DNA from: Conidiobolus incongruus B7586
Lineage: Eukaryota
Assembly: GCA_000697335.1 (NCBI GenBank)
Contig: JNEM01011401.1
Span: forward strand, 1 to 53,098
Length of the DNA: 53,098 nucleotides
Reading direction: 5' to 3'
Below the pieces are notes generated by a model. That model had not been told where the DNA came from. It made no database searches and worked only from the letters and a program-made list of their open reading frames with translations. Each line of letters starts with the position of its first letter. The stretch's first letter is position 1. The translations under genes were made by a program, and so were the position numbers. Of the stretch, positions 1-14,460 are shown in pieces.

Positions 1-639
1 AATATAATATATATAGTTAAATTTAATTAATTATTAATTGATATATTAATACTAAAAATATATTTAAGATGAGTTATAAATTTATAAGTTTTAATATTGA
101 TAGAAAAATTAATATCTAATAAATCTACCTTTTGCTTTTTTAACTTCTTTAAGTTTATAAAGTATAGAGTCAACTAGCTTTTTATATTAAACAAAACTAA
201 TATTATTCTAAGCTTCTTAAATATACTTTTAAAGGTAATCTAAATTTTTTGTTTAGGGGAAAGTGTTAATTAGTTTTTTTAGTTGATTCTAAAGATATTT
301 AATTAGGTTAAAATTAAAAAATTAAAGAAACTATTTCATAATAGTTATTTTGTTACTTTTAAGCTATTTAATAATAGAATTTGTAATATAATAAAGTATA
401 TTATCTTGTTAAAAAATAATATTTGATTTTTTTAATCTATATTACTTAATAATTTTTTTTAATTTATTATTTATAATATTTTAATATATCTTAACTTTAA
501 TTTCTTTATTAACCTTACAAAGATACTTTATATCTAAAGATAATATATATCCCTAAACTATAATTAACCTATTATTGTATTTTTAGGTTATAATAACATA
601 ATAGTTATAAAGTAGTTTTTTATTTTTTTAAAATATTTA

Positions 640-840
640 TATACTAGATACTTACTAGATTTATTACACTAATAGAGTAAAGTTAAAGTGTAGAAGAAGT
701 TAAACCAAGAAATGTTAATTAATAAACTAACTACATTAGAGTTTACTTGTTGTAAAAGGTTATATTATTTAACTATTTATAAAAAAATGATTTATATTAT
801 AATTTATAGGAATTCTAAGAATAGTTATAAATTTATAATA
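640..840 (-). repeat. 3' LTR of family A copy 1 (201 bp)
   Basis: Aligns without gaps to 5747-5947, 22679-22879 and 27798-27998; termini TA..TA from ancestral TG..CA; adjacent PPT. Confidence 0.9.
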
Positions 841-3800
841 CTCCCTTTAGATTTTATTTTAACAAAGTAAAGTCTCTCTTTAAAATAATTATGATTGTTT
901 ACTAAGAAATTTTCTAAAAACTTTAAGATATTTAATATTTTTTTATTCTTCTAAGTAGCTTTATTAGAAAGATAACTTTGCTAATATATAAGGTATTTAT
1001 TTTAATTTTAATAGTTCCTATAAGTTATAATTTTATCAACAACATATACCTTGTGTTGTAAGTTAACAAGAAAAGGTTAAGAGTATATAGTATATTTAAC
1101 AAAATATTCTCTAGGATCTTAATATAACTTTAACAGCTTTATATAAAAAACAAAGTGAATTTATAAGTTAGGAAACAAGATTAATTTATATATATCTAAA
1201 TATAATCTTTTATCTTTAATAAAATAAGGTTTTAACTATTTAAGTGATAGTTTATTAGTAAATCAACTAAAATCTTAAGGTAAATTAATTCTATCTAAAG
1301 ATAATAATACTAAAGTACTAAGAGATAAAGTTAGAGTAGGTTAGGTATTTAAATTATAATAATAAGCTTGTTTATTTAAAGTAAAGAAGATGTAGTTTTA
1401 AGTTACAGATAATAAAGAATATATATACTCTATAAAGTTTATAACATTAGATAAAGTATCAATATCAGATATTACATTTATAATTGAAGTAGGATAATAG
1501 TTATAATTTAAGTAAAATAGTGTTATACTAGTAGATGAATTAATTGAATCATTAAAAGTAAATTTAAATAGAGGTAAATTCTCAACTTAATTTTCTATAT
1601 TATAATCAAGGTAAAATTTAAATGTTTTTTTTAAAACACAAATTGTTTACTTAAATTAACTATTAGATTATTAATAACAAGAGGTTATAAGGTTATGTTA
1701 ACAATCTAACAATTTTATAAATGAAGACTAAAATTTACTTATAAATTTTATTCATAGTTTGTTATAATAATGAATAAGAGCTTATAATATCTAAAGATAT
1801 TCTTAATAAATAATTTAGTGATAGTTTCTGAGTTAACTTTCTTATTAGTTGGTATAAAGTATATTATTTTTGTCAAACAATCTATGATGATCAAAATATA
1901 ATTAAAACTATCTAGGGTTTATAATACTTTAGTGAAATTTATAGTAATATCAAACTAATAAGTTTAGGGAATAGGTAATAGATTAAAATTACCAAAAGGG
2001 AACTAATTAAGAGGTTTGTTAATTTAACATTGATTACAAAAGTAAATGTACTTCTGTATATCTTTTTCTATATTAAGTTAATAAAAATTATAAAAGAATT
2101 TATAGTATATATAGAGTTAACTTTAATAACTTAAAATAATAGAGTTATAATAAAGGTTTAAAAATTGTAATTTAACACTTGGGACATTAAGAATATAGAT
2201 ATGTAAATTATAATAAAGTAGGTTATTGTTATATAAATAACATTTTATATAAGCTAGGGAAAAGGTATTTGGGTTATAAATGTAGTTGATGATTTTTAAA
2301 GTATAATCATCACTGAGAAGTATATTTTAAATATTATTTTGTATAGTTAACTAAGACTATTTTAAAAAGATATTGTTTAATTCAACATAAGTTATTTGAA
2401 TTTATTATAAATTAAAGTATAATTAAAATTTCTAGAGATAAAATCAATAAGGGTGTTAAATTTTCCTTTGATATAATAGATATATAAGTTAAATTCTTAG
2501 AGAAATTTAATCTATAAAGATTAATATTTAAATAAATAAAGTTGATTATTAATTTATATAATAAATTTATAATCTGTGAGTGTATAAATAAATTAACATA
2601 ATGTGTAATAATAGAAGTATTTAAGGTATTTGATAATAATAAGAAATTTTTGTTTATAAACTAGGTAGTTTATTTTTACAAAAATTATTTTATAAGAATA
2701 AAATACAATAGGACAAAGATTAAAGTATTTTAAATCTAATAATTTAAGTGTTTTTTTTTCAACCTAATTTAAACAAGTAAGATTATAATTTAAGGAATTA
2801 AGTTAATTTAACCAGCTATTAATAGTAAAGTTAAAAGCATTTGTGAATAAAATTATTAGTAATAAAAGGTTAAAACTATAAAATACAAGGGTATTACTAA
2901 TAACATAAATAATTATTAAACAGGTAAAATGTTTTAAAAGAGTTTATATCTATAAAAATGATTTATAAAGTAAATTAGTTAATGGTAAAATGATTTCTAC
3001 ATAACCATCAATAAAATCCTTGAAATAGTTTGCTATACCTAAAAATAACATAAGGGAATGTTTATCAACAAAGATAAACTAAGATTATATAGCTTTAATT
3101 TTATCTAGATTAATTTTAATTCTATTAAAAGATATAATATAACTATAAAATAAAACTTCTAAAATAATAAAATAATATTTTAATAATTTAATAAATAGCA
3201 AATGTTTATAGAAGGTTTAAAAGATATATTTAATGTGTTTTTAATATTCTAATAGAGTTTTAGAAAAAACTAAAATATTATCAAGATATAAAATAACAAA
3301 GATATTATAAGTTTTAAAGAAAATTGTATTTATCAAATAAATAAATATAACAAGAGTATTATATAGTTTAAATAATAGAACTATAAATTTCAAATAGTTA
3401 TAACAAGTATTAAACATAGTTAAAGGGATTAAATTAAGGTATATAGCTATATTATAATATCTGTCACATATATTTAACTTAGTGAAATAATTATAACCTA
3501 AGATTTAATTATGTAATTTTAATAAGTTAAGCAATGATATATAATCTTTAATGGTTATTTTGTTCAAGGTGTAGAAATCAACATAAAATCTTAAACCTCT
3601 ATTTATTTTAATAAATAAAATAAGAAATCTTTATAGGGAAGTAAAAGGATAGATATAACTTTTTTCAAAAATTAGGTGATAGTATCTTTTAGCAATTTAT
3701 TTTCTTCAGCAGATATATAGTAAATTAAGTAATGAACAAGAGTAAAACTAAAAGTTAATTTGATCTTATAAACTATATTTTTCTTTAAAGGGAATAAGTT

Positions 3801-5746
3801 TTAAAGTTAGAGAATATTTAAATATAACATTTCTATATTATATAATAGGTTATCTAAAGATATAGAGTTGAGATTAAAATTACTAAAGTTTATTTAAGAT
3901 ATAACTAAGTTAACAAAAATTATATTAGCAGATATAAAATTAATAGCAAGTAATTATTTAATAAATGTTTTATAAGATATAACAATAAAATTAAATTTGA
4001 TAGTAAGAGTTAGTTTATAGTTAGTAAGAAAATTAGAGTGAGAATTGTTTAGAATTTGTGATACAATAATAATAGTTTGAGTAATAGTGATAAAAACAGA
4101 TTTATAATAAAATATAAAGGATAAATTTTTGTTAGAGTAATTAATAATAAATAAAGTATGTAATTTAATTTAATTTATACTTAAGATAATATTGTAATTA
4201 ATTAAAATACTTACTAAAGAAATATCTTTGTTATATTCTAAAAATAAAAATAAAAAATTCTTGACTAAACTATTATTTTAACATTTAAATTTATCAACCA
4301 ATATTATAAAAATAGTGAACTAATTTTTTAATAGATAAAGTTTATTAGCTAGGGTGCTATTAATTAAATATTTAATAGCACTTATATTAATTAAAACATT
4401 AATTTCATGATTATTGATACTATTTTTAATAACAAAAAAAAAGTTAACATGAGGTGAATTATCAAGATATAAAATATATTTAGTAAACAACAATTGGATT
4501 GAGTTTATTCTGTTATATTTACTATTATCATAGTTATTAAATTTAAAATACTTTAAAAGGTAATCTTTAGTAGTGTGATTAATATATATGTAACAGCAAT
4601 AGAAACATCTATTCTATTTTTTCAAAAAATTCTTAGTTTTAGGACTTAACATTATACCCTATATAGTATAAAAAGTGGATTTTTTAACTTAAGCTAAATT
4701 AATAATTATGTGATTAAGATTAAAATTGTATATAAAAGGTAACTTAAAGGTAATTTTCAAGTTATATGTATAATCATCTAAAATCTAATTTGAATGTTAA
4801 TTAAGGTATATAGTACTTTTGATCAATAATACCTTACTACATATATCTTCAAATTTATTAAGTTTAATATTAATTTAAGATGCTAATAAGTTAATAATAT
4901 ATAGTTTAAGTTTTTGTAAGAAGATAATATTATGTTAATATTTTAAAATAAGTGGTAAATAAATCTTAACACATCTTAAATCATTAATAAAACTATTAAT
5001 AAAACTAATTTGTTTCATATAAATTAGTTTCAAAAAATTTTTAATGATGCTAGCAACTAAAGTGAAGAAAAATCTTAACTAAGAAATTAATATGTTAAAA
5101 AAGATAATATATTCAACAAGTTATTTACTAGAGGATAATATAAGATTATTTTAATTGTGTTTATCCCATTAATCTTTTATAGTATTAATTAAATAAAAAA
5201 CAATAATACTTATTTTGTTGTTTTTGTTAAACTAACAATATTAGCAATAGTTTTAGAATGATAATTTATATATATTAAATCTAAGTAGAGGGTATTTATT
5301 ATTAAATTATTTTAGATTTTTGTAGAAAACTTTTTAAATAAAAGTTTCACTATAATTTAAATTAATTGGTTTTTAAAGAGTAACAGGAGAATAACATTGG
5401 TTTATTAATTTTTAAAATATATAAACTTAATTCAAGTGATTTAATTTGAAGAAAAGTTTATTTAAACTATTATCTTCATTAATTAAATTCCTAAGTGTAA
5501 TAAATTAAAGTTGTTGAGTGGTTGTATCTTAAACATCAGTAAATTTTTCTAAGAGAGTTATGATTATAAGTTATAATATTAGTAAAATTAAACTAGGGTA
5601 CAAAAAACAAAAAATAAGATAGGTAAAAAAAATAAAAAACAAGAGAAAAACAAGAACATAAAATAAAAACTAATAAAATATAAAACTAAGGAAAATATTT
5701 AAACTAGACAAAAATTAAAAAGAATATAATAACCTTATTACTACTA

Positions 5747-5947
5747 TATATTAGATACTTACTAGATTTATTAAACTAATAAAGTAGAGTTAAAATATAG
5801 AAGAAGCTAAACTAAAAAAGGTTAATCAATAAACTAACTACACTAAAGTTTACCTGTTATAGAAAGTTATATTATCTAACTATTTATAGGAGAATAATTT
5901 ATATTATAATTTATAGGGATTTTGAGAATAGTTATAAATCTGTAACA
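5747..5947 (-). repeat. 5' LTR of family A copy 1 (201 bp)
   Basis: Direct repeat of 640-840, ends tgtaaca. Confidence 0.9.
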
Positions 5948-7655
5948 ATCTAGCTTTTTTATTAGATTTATTAAAATATACATTTGTTTTATTAGATTAA
6001 ATAAGTTTATTATAGTTAGTTTTAGTTTAACTTTAGTGTTAACATTTAAACTCCTACTTAACTCTATAATAAGATTTCTTTAGTTAAAGCTGTTTTTTCT
6101 TAAAGTATAAGTAATATCTATTCTAATATAAAGTATATATAATAATATTAATACTAACTAATATTCTTATATAGTTTTATAATTCTTGTTGTACTTTTAT
6201 AATAATATTATATTTACCTATACTAATTAATCTACAAATATATTTTTTATCATGTTTATTTATAATTTTAACACACTTAAGTTTTAGTTTAAGTGTTTCT
6301 TTAACATTATTCTTAATAACCTTAACTATAGTAGATTAGCTAACACTAGTAATTTTAACAATCTCACAAGTTAATTTATTCTTATTATAAAGTTAATTAA
6401 TGTATAAGTAAACTTTTTTAGAGAGAGATTAAAACATTATAATATTAATTTTAAAATATTAACTTAATAGTTTTATAATATATATAATACAATAAAAAAA
6501 AAGAAAATATATATAAATTTTGTTATTTATACCTTTTTAACTTATAAACCCACAAATTTATAATTCACCTTGGTTAAATTTTAAGTTTTGATATATTAAC
6601 CAATAGCTAATATAATATAATCAAATATAGTTAGTTATAATCAATTAATATAGGTAAATTATATATTTTAATTTAAATTTATTTAATTAGGAATTATTTA
6701 AGATATAAGTAAATATTTAAGTAATTTTGATTTTATAACTTACTTTTACAGGTTAATATAGTAACTATTATCATTTGCTAGTTTAATATATAGTTTTTCT
6801 CTCTCTATATGAATATTTAAAATAAGCTATTTTATTATATATTATATCTATCAAATTTATAACTATATTTTATTAAGTTAAAATCTAAATATGTGAGTAT
6901 CTATAAGAATATAGTAATTCAAATCTTAAATTAATAAGACAAAATATTAAAATATTAAATATAAAATATAATAAAAAGAAAATTAAATGTGAATTATAAA
7001 TAATTTACTTATTTAAATTATTTTGTTAATAATTAGCAAAATTAATTATTTATAATTTTTATCATTAACAAGAAATATTAATTTTTGGATTTGGGATATT
7101 AATTAAGATTTATAACTATTTGTCATTGTTATTAGACAATGCCATATATATTAAAATTTAAGTATCTTTTCTAAAATAAATTAAAATCTATAGAATATAT
7201 TTATTAAGTCTTTATATAAATTTTTTATATTAGTTGTTATAATTAAATTATTTAATAAATCAAAAATATTTTAAATTTTCTTGATAATTTTAATATATTA
7301 AAATATAAAATTTATTTTTTATTTTTATTTAAAAATTGTTATTATGATATTATTTGACTAAATAAAGTTGAGAATTTTATTCTTTATTATGACTTATAAA
7401 ATTAATTTTTAAATTTGATAGATATATAACAATTCTTTATCACATTGAATCTAATAAATTTCAAAGTATACTCATTCCATTATTATATTTTTTTACTCAG
7501 ACATGCTAAATCAAGTGGATTAACTCGATATATTTTGTATTGCTCAATTACTTAGCAAATATTGGTACAGTAGGTGAATGATTTTCACAAATTTATATAT
7601 AAGAAAAGATAGATTTATTAGAAAAGCAAATGATACATATAATTATACTACACTA

Positions 7656-8836
7656 TTAAAGGCGCTGGTATCCATTGTCAGTATTGAATTGATATTCATT
7701 ATCTTCAGAGTTAGATTGTCGATATAATACATAGTGTTGGATAATAAATAATATATCAAAAATAATAGATGCATTTCCAAGAAATCTAAAAACATTATAT
7801 ATTAGTAATTTAATTTCAATTTAGATAATGGTTATTTTCTTACAATTTTACAGGGTTCTAATTATAATTAATTAAACAAATATAATTAGCAACAATTTTA
7901 AATTTAAATTTAATTGAACTTACCCCTAAAATACCTCCCCAATCGTTTTGAATATAAGCATCCAAAACTAGTTGTAAAATGGATAATATACCACCTGTAA
8001 AATCCAGTAAAATGTTGTGAATACTCCATCCAATAGTTGATTTTCTCTTAAAATTGATATACGCCTATTATTTAACAGCGAAATTAGCATAAATTCTCAA
8101 ATATACTCAACTATGCAAATTACTTGAGGGCAATATTTGATAAGACTGGAAGCTACTTTGATATAAGAAATTATATACAAGAAATCCAATGCTTGGAACC
8201 ATCCATATAACACCAATACAAAGGATGTGAATACGACGAAATTAAATCCACACAGTACATAGTTAGCAAATTGAGATTTTTGTTGGTTGCTATCTCTCTA
8301 CATTATTCAATATCAATATCATAATATAAATATAGTTTGAAACAAAGATTACCTTATAGATTAAGGTTTGATACAATGTAATTGAAGAAAGTAATAAAGC
8401 GTGACAAGCGAAGAATACATCATTAATTTTAACTAAATTGGGCTTACCGTCGTGTCTACTTTTATATTGGTCCTGAATTGCAGAGGAAAAATAAAATGAG
8501 AGTACATAGACCTATTCTCAGTTAAATATTTATTATTATTTTTTAATATTGAATATAATTAACTTACTGAATAACAAGTAAAACCATAAACATTATATGA
8601 TAAAAAATCCATAGAAAGGCCTTGAACACTAAATTATAATATTAATATCAATTTCAATTTAAAATTCAAATAAATTATACCTTTTTCTTCTATAATTAAG
8701 AATGGCTTGAGGATAGAAACTGATTGACCAAGCAGTGAAATAAATCTATATAATAGTTATTGTTAATGTACTTAGATTCAATTTAATAATTGATTACCCA
8801 TCCAAGTGACTGTGATAAAAACGGTAGCCATTCCAT
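7656..8836 (-). CDS. CTNS: Cystinosin-like PQ-loop lysosomal/vacuolar cystine transporter (multi-exon; absent from ORF track)
   Basis: Spliced translation MEWLPFLSQSLGW|IYFTAWSISFYPQAILNYRRKS|VQGLSMDF..., second PQ loop KYCPQ|AYINFKRKSTIGWSIHNILLDFTGGILSILQL, C-terminus FDIIFIIQHYVLY...GYQRL*. GT-AG introns of ~50 bp. Confidence 0.92.
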
Positions 8837-10769
8837 GATATTAAAGAGAGACGAAGATGATAAAATGATGAAGATGGTCTGAGGAGTATAAATAGTTTTT
8901 ATGAAACAACTATTTAAAGTAATGGTTAATTAACTCAAATCTAAATTTTAGCAGACCCTGTAATTTATAATCTAGACATATCAAATGTTTTTACTGAATC
9001 ATTTTTTGGAATTATTGCCTCATCTGCCTTTTCATTTCTATTTTAGTTAATAAATCTCACACTCTAATTATCCATCTTTCATACCACTTGTATTAATAAT
9101 CATTAAAAATCTCTCATAATTATATATAATGAAGATTAAAGGGTTAATGATTTTAATAATTTTAATATATTCATCATTCAGCAATATAATGGTCAATATA
9201 TTAAGATTATAAGCTAATTTTGAAATATTATTCACCATTTAACAAAAATTAACAGTTCTCCTAGTTTTAATTCAAGAGAAATATAATTCAAAATTGTTCA
9301 AATATTTTCATAAAATTTAAAACTATCCACTATGAGTTTAGAAAATGAAGATATTCTCATTAATATTATTCGACATAATAATGAGGAAATGTGATATATA
9401 AACTGATGTTGGATCAAATTTTAAAGGCTTAGAGCAAAGCGAATTCAGCTGTATTTTATAATTGAAACTTCATAATGAAAATTACTAATAAAATATAACT
9501 ATTGATCAAATGCACCATTCAATTTATTAAATTAATGATTATTCAAACAGCTTAATAAGCTAAATGATATGTTGGTTTGAATGGGGATCAAATCGAAAAA
9601 TACTGAATGATTGTATGTCTATATCACGAAGGTTTTGTAATTAAATTTAATTTTATTTGATTACACAATAAGCTGCAATGTTCTGATTATAATAATACAA
9701 ATACAGTTTGTTCCAGATTTCAGTTTTTAATTAAATACTAAAAAATATGATAGAATATAAATAAATTGTTGAAATTAATCTATTCGAAACAAAATCTAAT
9801 CAATTTTCATTATATTATTTAATTTCTAATCAAGTCATAAAATATAGATATATAAATTATATAACTGATTTTCATTTTAATAACTTTTAATAATTATCTC
9901 AATTAAATAAAATATTTTTACTAATTAAACCAAAATTTAAATTTTTCATTTAGGAATTAATGTGTTCAAAAATGGTTTATATTAACTTTCAACTCCAATA
10001 ATAATTACATATATGTATGTATGCTATTTCCATTAATGTATTAAAAATAAATCATACTTTGTTTTTCAATTGGATAAGACAATCATACTAATATTTAGCA
10101 TTCCAGTATAGTTTTGACTATTATCGAATAAAACATGTCGCAATGCCAGAAATATAGTGTAAAAAATAGAATTATTGAGCTTAGAATGGATAATTATCAA
10201 CATTAAGCTTTCCTATTTATATTAAGTATAATTCAATGCAAAAATTGAATAGTTGGAATACATTAATTAAAAAAACAAATGAGAATATATTTTCAAATAT
10301 TGAAGAAAATTTATAAAATATTTAACATATTTATGTATCAATAGAATTATTATTATTATTATTATAAATATTTTTTATCACAAATATAATGATAATTTAA
10401 ATTTGGAATATTACTTTGATATTGAATAGTGTATTAAATTGGAAGTTATTTTAAATATAATAATAAAAATATGGTATGATAGTATGGTCTCACCTTTCAA
10501 TATAAATAGTAAAAATAGTTTGTGCAAATATATATATATATATGTTTTTATATTTAGTTTTATTAATATTTAAAAGATTATTATTAAATATTTTTGGTCA
10601 AATAAATATGGAAATTGTGACTTTCACCATTATTTAAAACCCATAATTTTATTAAATTAAAATAGAAATTTTTATAATATCCAGTTCCCGAATTTAAATG
10701 ATTAATTACAACATATTCTAATTTTAAAAACTAATAATTTTCATATAAAATAATTATAGTCAATTAAAT

Positions 10770-11294
10770 ATGGTTTGGTTAAATGATTTGGAATTATTCA
10801 TTAAAGAGAGTTTAAATTTATCTGAACAATTTCCTGATAAAGTATATAGTTTATTAAGTTATTTGTAATATTATTTATTCATTTATTTTTAAGACCAGGG
10901 TGAGCTATAAATATAGAGCTGTAGACGGCAAACTAGTTGTTAAAGTGACCAACGATGTTATGGTATTATTCCAATATGTTTATTACTATTATTTTTTTAA
11001 TTTTGTTATAACTAGACTTTAAAACATGCTACTGATCAACTCCAGGATTTAAAGAGATTAGAAAAATTAATTAAGAGTACTATGTATCATTTCGTTCAAT
11101 GCGACGGATCTGAGGCTATTACAAACACAGGTATTTTATCATTTCTATGATATTTATTTTATTGATATTCTAAATATTGGTTATTAGGATCAGGAGTTTT
11201 ACAAATTATCGGGGAAGGAACATCAACGAAACAGGAAGTATTATCAACTCAAACTGCGTCAAAATCTAAAAAATCCAAAAAATCTAAAAAATGA
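10770..11294 (+). CDS. SRP9: Signal recognition particle subunit SRP9/SRP21 (4 exons; absent from ORF track)
   Basis: Spliced translation MVWLNDLELFIKESLNLSEQFPDK|TRVSYKYRAVDGKLVVKVTNDVM|TLKHATDQLQDLKRLEKLIKSTM...SKSKKSKKSKK*. Matches the SRP9 pattern with a Lys-rich fungal-type tail. Confidence 0.85.
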
Positions 11295-11613
11295 TCCATT
11301 AAATTATTTGTCATATAATTAATGTAATATTGTTTATATACTAGTATATTTTTTATTATTCAATTATACTTTGATTTTTTTACTTTCAATTAATTAATTT
11401 TATTCAATAATTTTTATCTAAATTATAAATGATCACATCAGTTTATTATCATCGTATTTAAATAATTATCAAGGTTAAGTAATATTCCACCTTTTTCATA
11501 ATTATACTCTTGTTTTAATATTTTAATGAATAAAACATTTATTATAAAACTAATTTACAGATTGAAATGAATAATAATTCAAACTATTAATAAGATCTAT
11601 TCACATTAAAACT

Positions 11614-13482
11614 CTATTTGGCTCGTTTTTCATCCGATGCAAAAGCTAATACCCATTTCGTATCAATTAAAGTCAGCCGTAACGCTTTGGTCCAGGTTTC
11701 CTCGCTGTTGAATTGCAGTCGAATTGACAATCCTGCTATTTTGTCCTTGTTGACTCGATAAGGAAGCTTGATGTTGGGATCTCTGCTTTCGATATAGTCA
11801 GCTAACTGCTGCAAACAGTCGAGATAGGCGACCATAGCATGATCGAATCTTCTATTCATAAATAGTTTTCCAAAACTTAAATCTGGAGTATAATATCTAA
11901 ATAATTGATTAAAAAATAGCATAATTAATGTAGATATAAATTACAATTCGTAAGCGGTATTGTCATCTCCATTCTTTTCAATTTTGGAATATGATCCCCT
12001 TGGAATTAATCTATAACTAAAGATAGTAGTGAATAAATAGAAAATTATTAGATTAAAAAATTAATTTACGTATGAAATCGGAATTGTAGCTTTTGCGCTA
12101 CTAAATAGAGCACTAGAAGTGTTTGGCCCCAAGCTGCATTAATTTCTGACCAGTCCGTCTTAAATACATCATTAGAAAAAAAATTAAAAAAAATATTATA
12201 TTGAAAATACCTGATGTGATGGTAATCTACCAAGTCTTAATCCGTTAATAATGCCGAATAATCCATCGTAAGATATGTGAAAAGTATCGTTGAATACATT
12301 TGTACGATGAAGTAGATCTAATTGATTTAGGCTGAATTCATATCTCCTGTTAACACAATCCCTTTCATCTTCAAATGCTTGCAACTGCAACTGGTATTTG
12401 TTAAACTCTTGCCAGTATCTATTTGGACTTGTTAGTGCTTAATTACTGATATAATAATATAATATTTTTCTACTCTTGTTCCAATTGGTCAAGCTCTGCA
12501 CTTTCTTTCTCAAGTTCAGCTTTCTCTTCCGCTAATAGTTTCAAATGCGCTTCAAACTCATTTAATGTAACGAGAGTCGCCTCTTTTTCGGATTCAAGCT
12601 AACATAATTTGGTTGATTAAAATATAATGGTAAAATGAATAATTGAATTGTATTACCTTTTCAATATCTTTTGAAGTGACCTTATTCGGTTTGACCTGTC
12701 CAGAAGTCTCTTGATCGATCTGTTTAACGTAAGCTTGGTATACATCTTTCTGTTTTGAGAATCCAGACAATTTTTTGGTCAAAGCTTCTAGTAACAGCTC
12801 AGCACAGTCTTGACACATAGGATGATCAAATTGTGTCTCTGCATTCAATAAATCGAACATTCTGCTAAGGATCTTTAATCTTTCACTCATATTATTGTTG
12901 GATTTTGACTCCTGTGCCATCTTTACCAGTGCTGAAGGATATGTAGGTGCAAAGGAGCTTGTTGTTAAGGAAGTGGGTAGTGAAGATGGCAAAAGTTGGG
13001 AATTTGAAAGGAAAACAAATGAATCTGCTGGATTCAAAAATTTGCTTTGGGATTGTAATAAAGATTTTCGACGATTAAGTTTAGGAGTTTCAGAGTCTGA
13101 ATTATTCAATGGAAGTGGTGATTGAGATCGGGAGTTTTGTTTTGTTGACTCTGAAGTGTTGGAAGTTGTAGGATCTAATTGAAAACTTGGAAACTCAAAG
13201 CAAGATTCTTCTGGAAGTGTAGAAAGAGTACCTTTAAAAAATATCATTAGTAAATATAATCTATAAAAATTTGAATAATAAAGAAATGATTTTAAATACA
13301 TGACTGCTATTTCAAATATTATGAATTATCAATATTAACACCAATAATTTTTATAATTCAAATTTATTATATATGGAAATTGAACACTTACTCAATACCA
13401 AGTCATAGTTGGACTGGTTCATATTCAATAGACTCTGATGTAATTTCACCGGTTTTTTGCATCTTTCACAATTTATTGCCAT
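11614..13482 (-). CDS. ATG6: Beclin-1/Atg6/Vps30 autophagy protein (multi-exon)
   Basis: N-terminal [19 protein letters not shown]; coiled coil; [66 protein letters not shown]-track pieces are joined by GT-AG introns. Confidence 0.95.
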
Positions 13483-14460
13483 CTTGAAAAAATATTAAAT
13501 GTATTTAACTAAATAGAACGTAATTAGATATTATTTATATATTGTTAAAGTTTAAACAATTGGTTTATAATGTTATTATGTAAGTATTGAATAGACTTCA
13601 AAGTATTTCATTAATTATTATTGTTGAAATTTGATATAATTATGATTATGGGTAATTGGATGGATTTTTTAATTTTATGACTAATATATTGTGACTTGAT
13701 AATCCTAGAACCCTGATACTTGTTTGATACTATATTAAATCGAAATTATATTATAATTCAAGCATTATAAAATAATTTTTATTTATTCATCATGAATAGC
13801 GATATTTAGCGTTTTTAGTTACATCTTCGATTGCTATCCCTTCGATTAATATACCATATATTTAATCTATGCACAATTATTGGACTTTAGTTTCAGGTAA
13901 ATTATAAATTTTTGTTTATACATAAAAACATTGTACATATCTCAACAATTTTTTGACTAACAATGATAAGTTTACTATTTATTTGATTATATAACCAACT
14001 GAATTTATCCTTATCTCAAATATAATAGTATGCTAAATATATTTAATCAAATACACTTAAATTTTATCGAAAAACGAACATTGTTCCAATTGATTACTTT
14101 TGATAATATTGATCTTTATTATATTTTATATAAATTAGTTTGATAATTGAGCTATATATATTATAGAAGTTAGATGATAAAACTTAGTAATATTTATATA
14201 TTATCTTTTTCCAAACATGAATGTATATAAGCTAATCAAATATTATTTTGATATCTCAAGTTTATTAGAATAATAAAATCAAATTTGAAATTTTATCACC
14301 CATATCCATGATTATTGGATATTTAAGGTTTTTATATTATAGTACAAATAATATGCAAATATTTATTGAATATATGAGCGACATAGAGTAACTTGGTTTG
14401 ATAATACAGCGGTAGAAATTAACTTGGTGTTTTGTAGATAGTTGAATTTTGGCTTACAGG

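Larger units (their letters stand above)
640..5947 (-). mobile_element. Ty3/Gypsy chromovirus LTR retrotransposon, family A copy 1 (degenerate, full length)
   Basis: 201-bp LTRs at both ends; 5-bp TSD ATTTA (635-639) / ATCTA (5948-5952); PPT complement ctccctttag at 841-850. Minus-strand relics: gag Zn-knuckle (~4560-4615), protease, RT YLDNI (~3280), RNase H, integrase, and a C-terminal chromodomain YVVDKIITYR..YLIY*QSYLSNKAT* (~950-1050). Confidence 0.92.
109..6437 (-). pseudogene. Tc1 transposase pseudogene (segments ~6437-5948 and 639-109)
   Basis: Manual translation gives HTH-like TCEIVKITSVS*STIVKV, I*SNKT (=IWSDET), IV*GYI (=MVWGCI), IF*QDNILYY (=FQQDNAPCH), *FL*FFNFNLIKYL*N (=WPPQSPDxNPIEHLWN), and LVDSILYKLKEVKKAKGRFIRY* (=SMPxRLxxVxKAKGGxTxY). 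Many stops arise from TGG>TAG and CAA>TAA. Confidence 0.85.
1..6865 (-). mobile_element. Degenerate Tc1-like (DD34E) DNA transposon with long TIRs, interrupted by an LTR retrotransposon; left end lies outside the window
   Basis: Minus-strand relic transposase on both sides of the 640-5947 insertion. The reverse complement of 1-92 aligns with ~6546-6620 (aaacttataaatttataactcatctt vs aaacccacaaatttataattcacctt), i.e. long inverted repeats. The putative right end reads TA-TAGTTATAAATTTG on the minus strand (mutated TA-CAGT..) at 6865/6866; this end is less certain. Confidence 0.8.
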
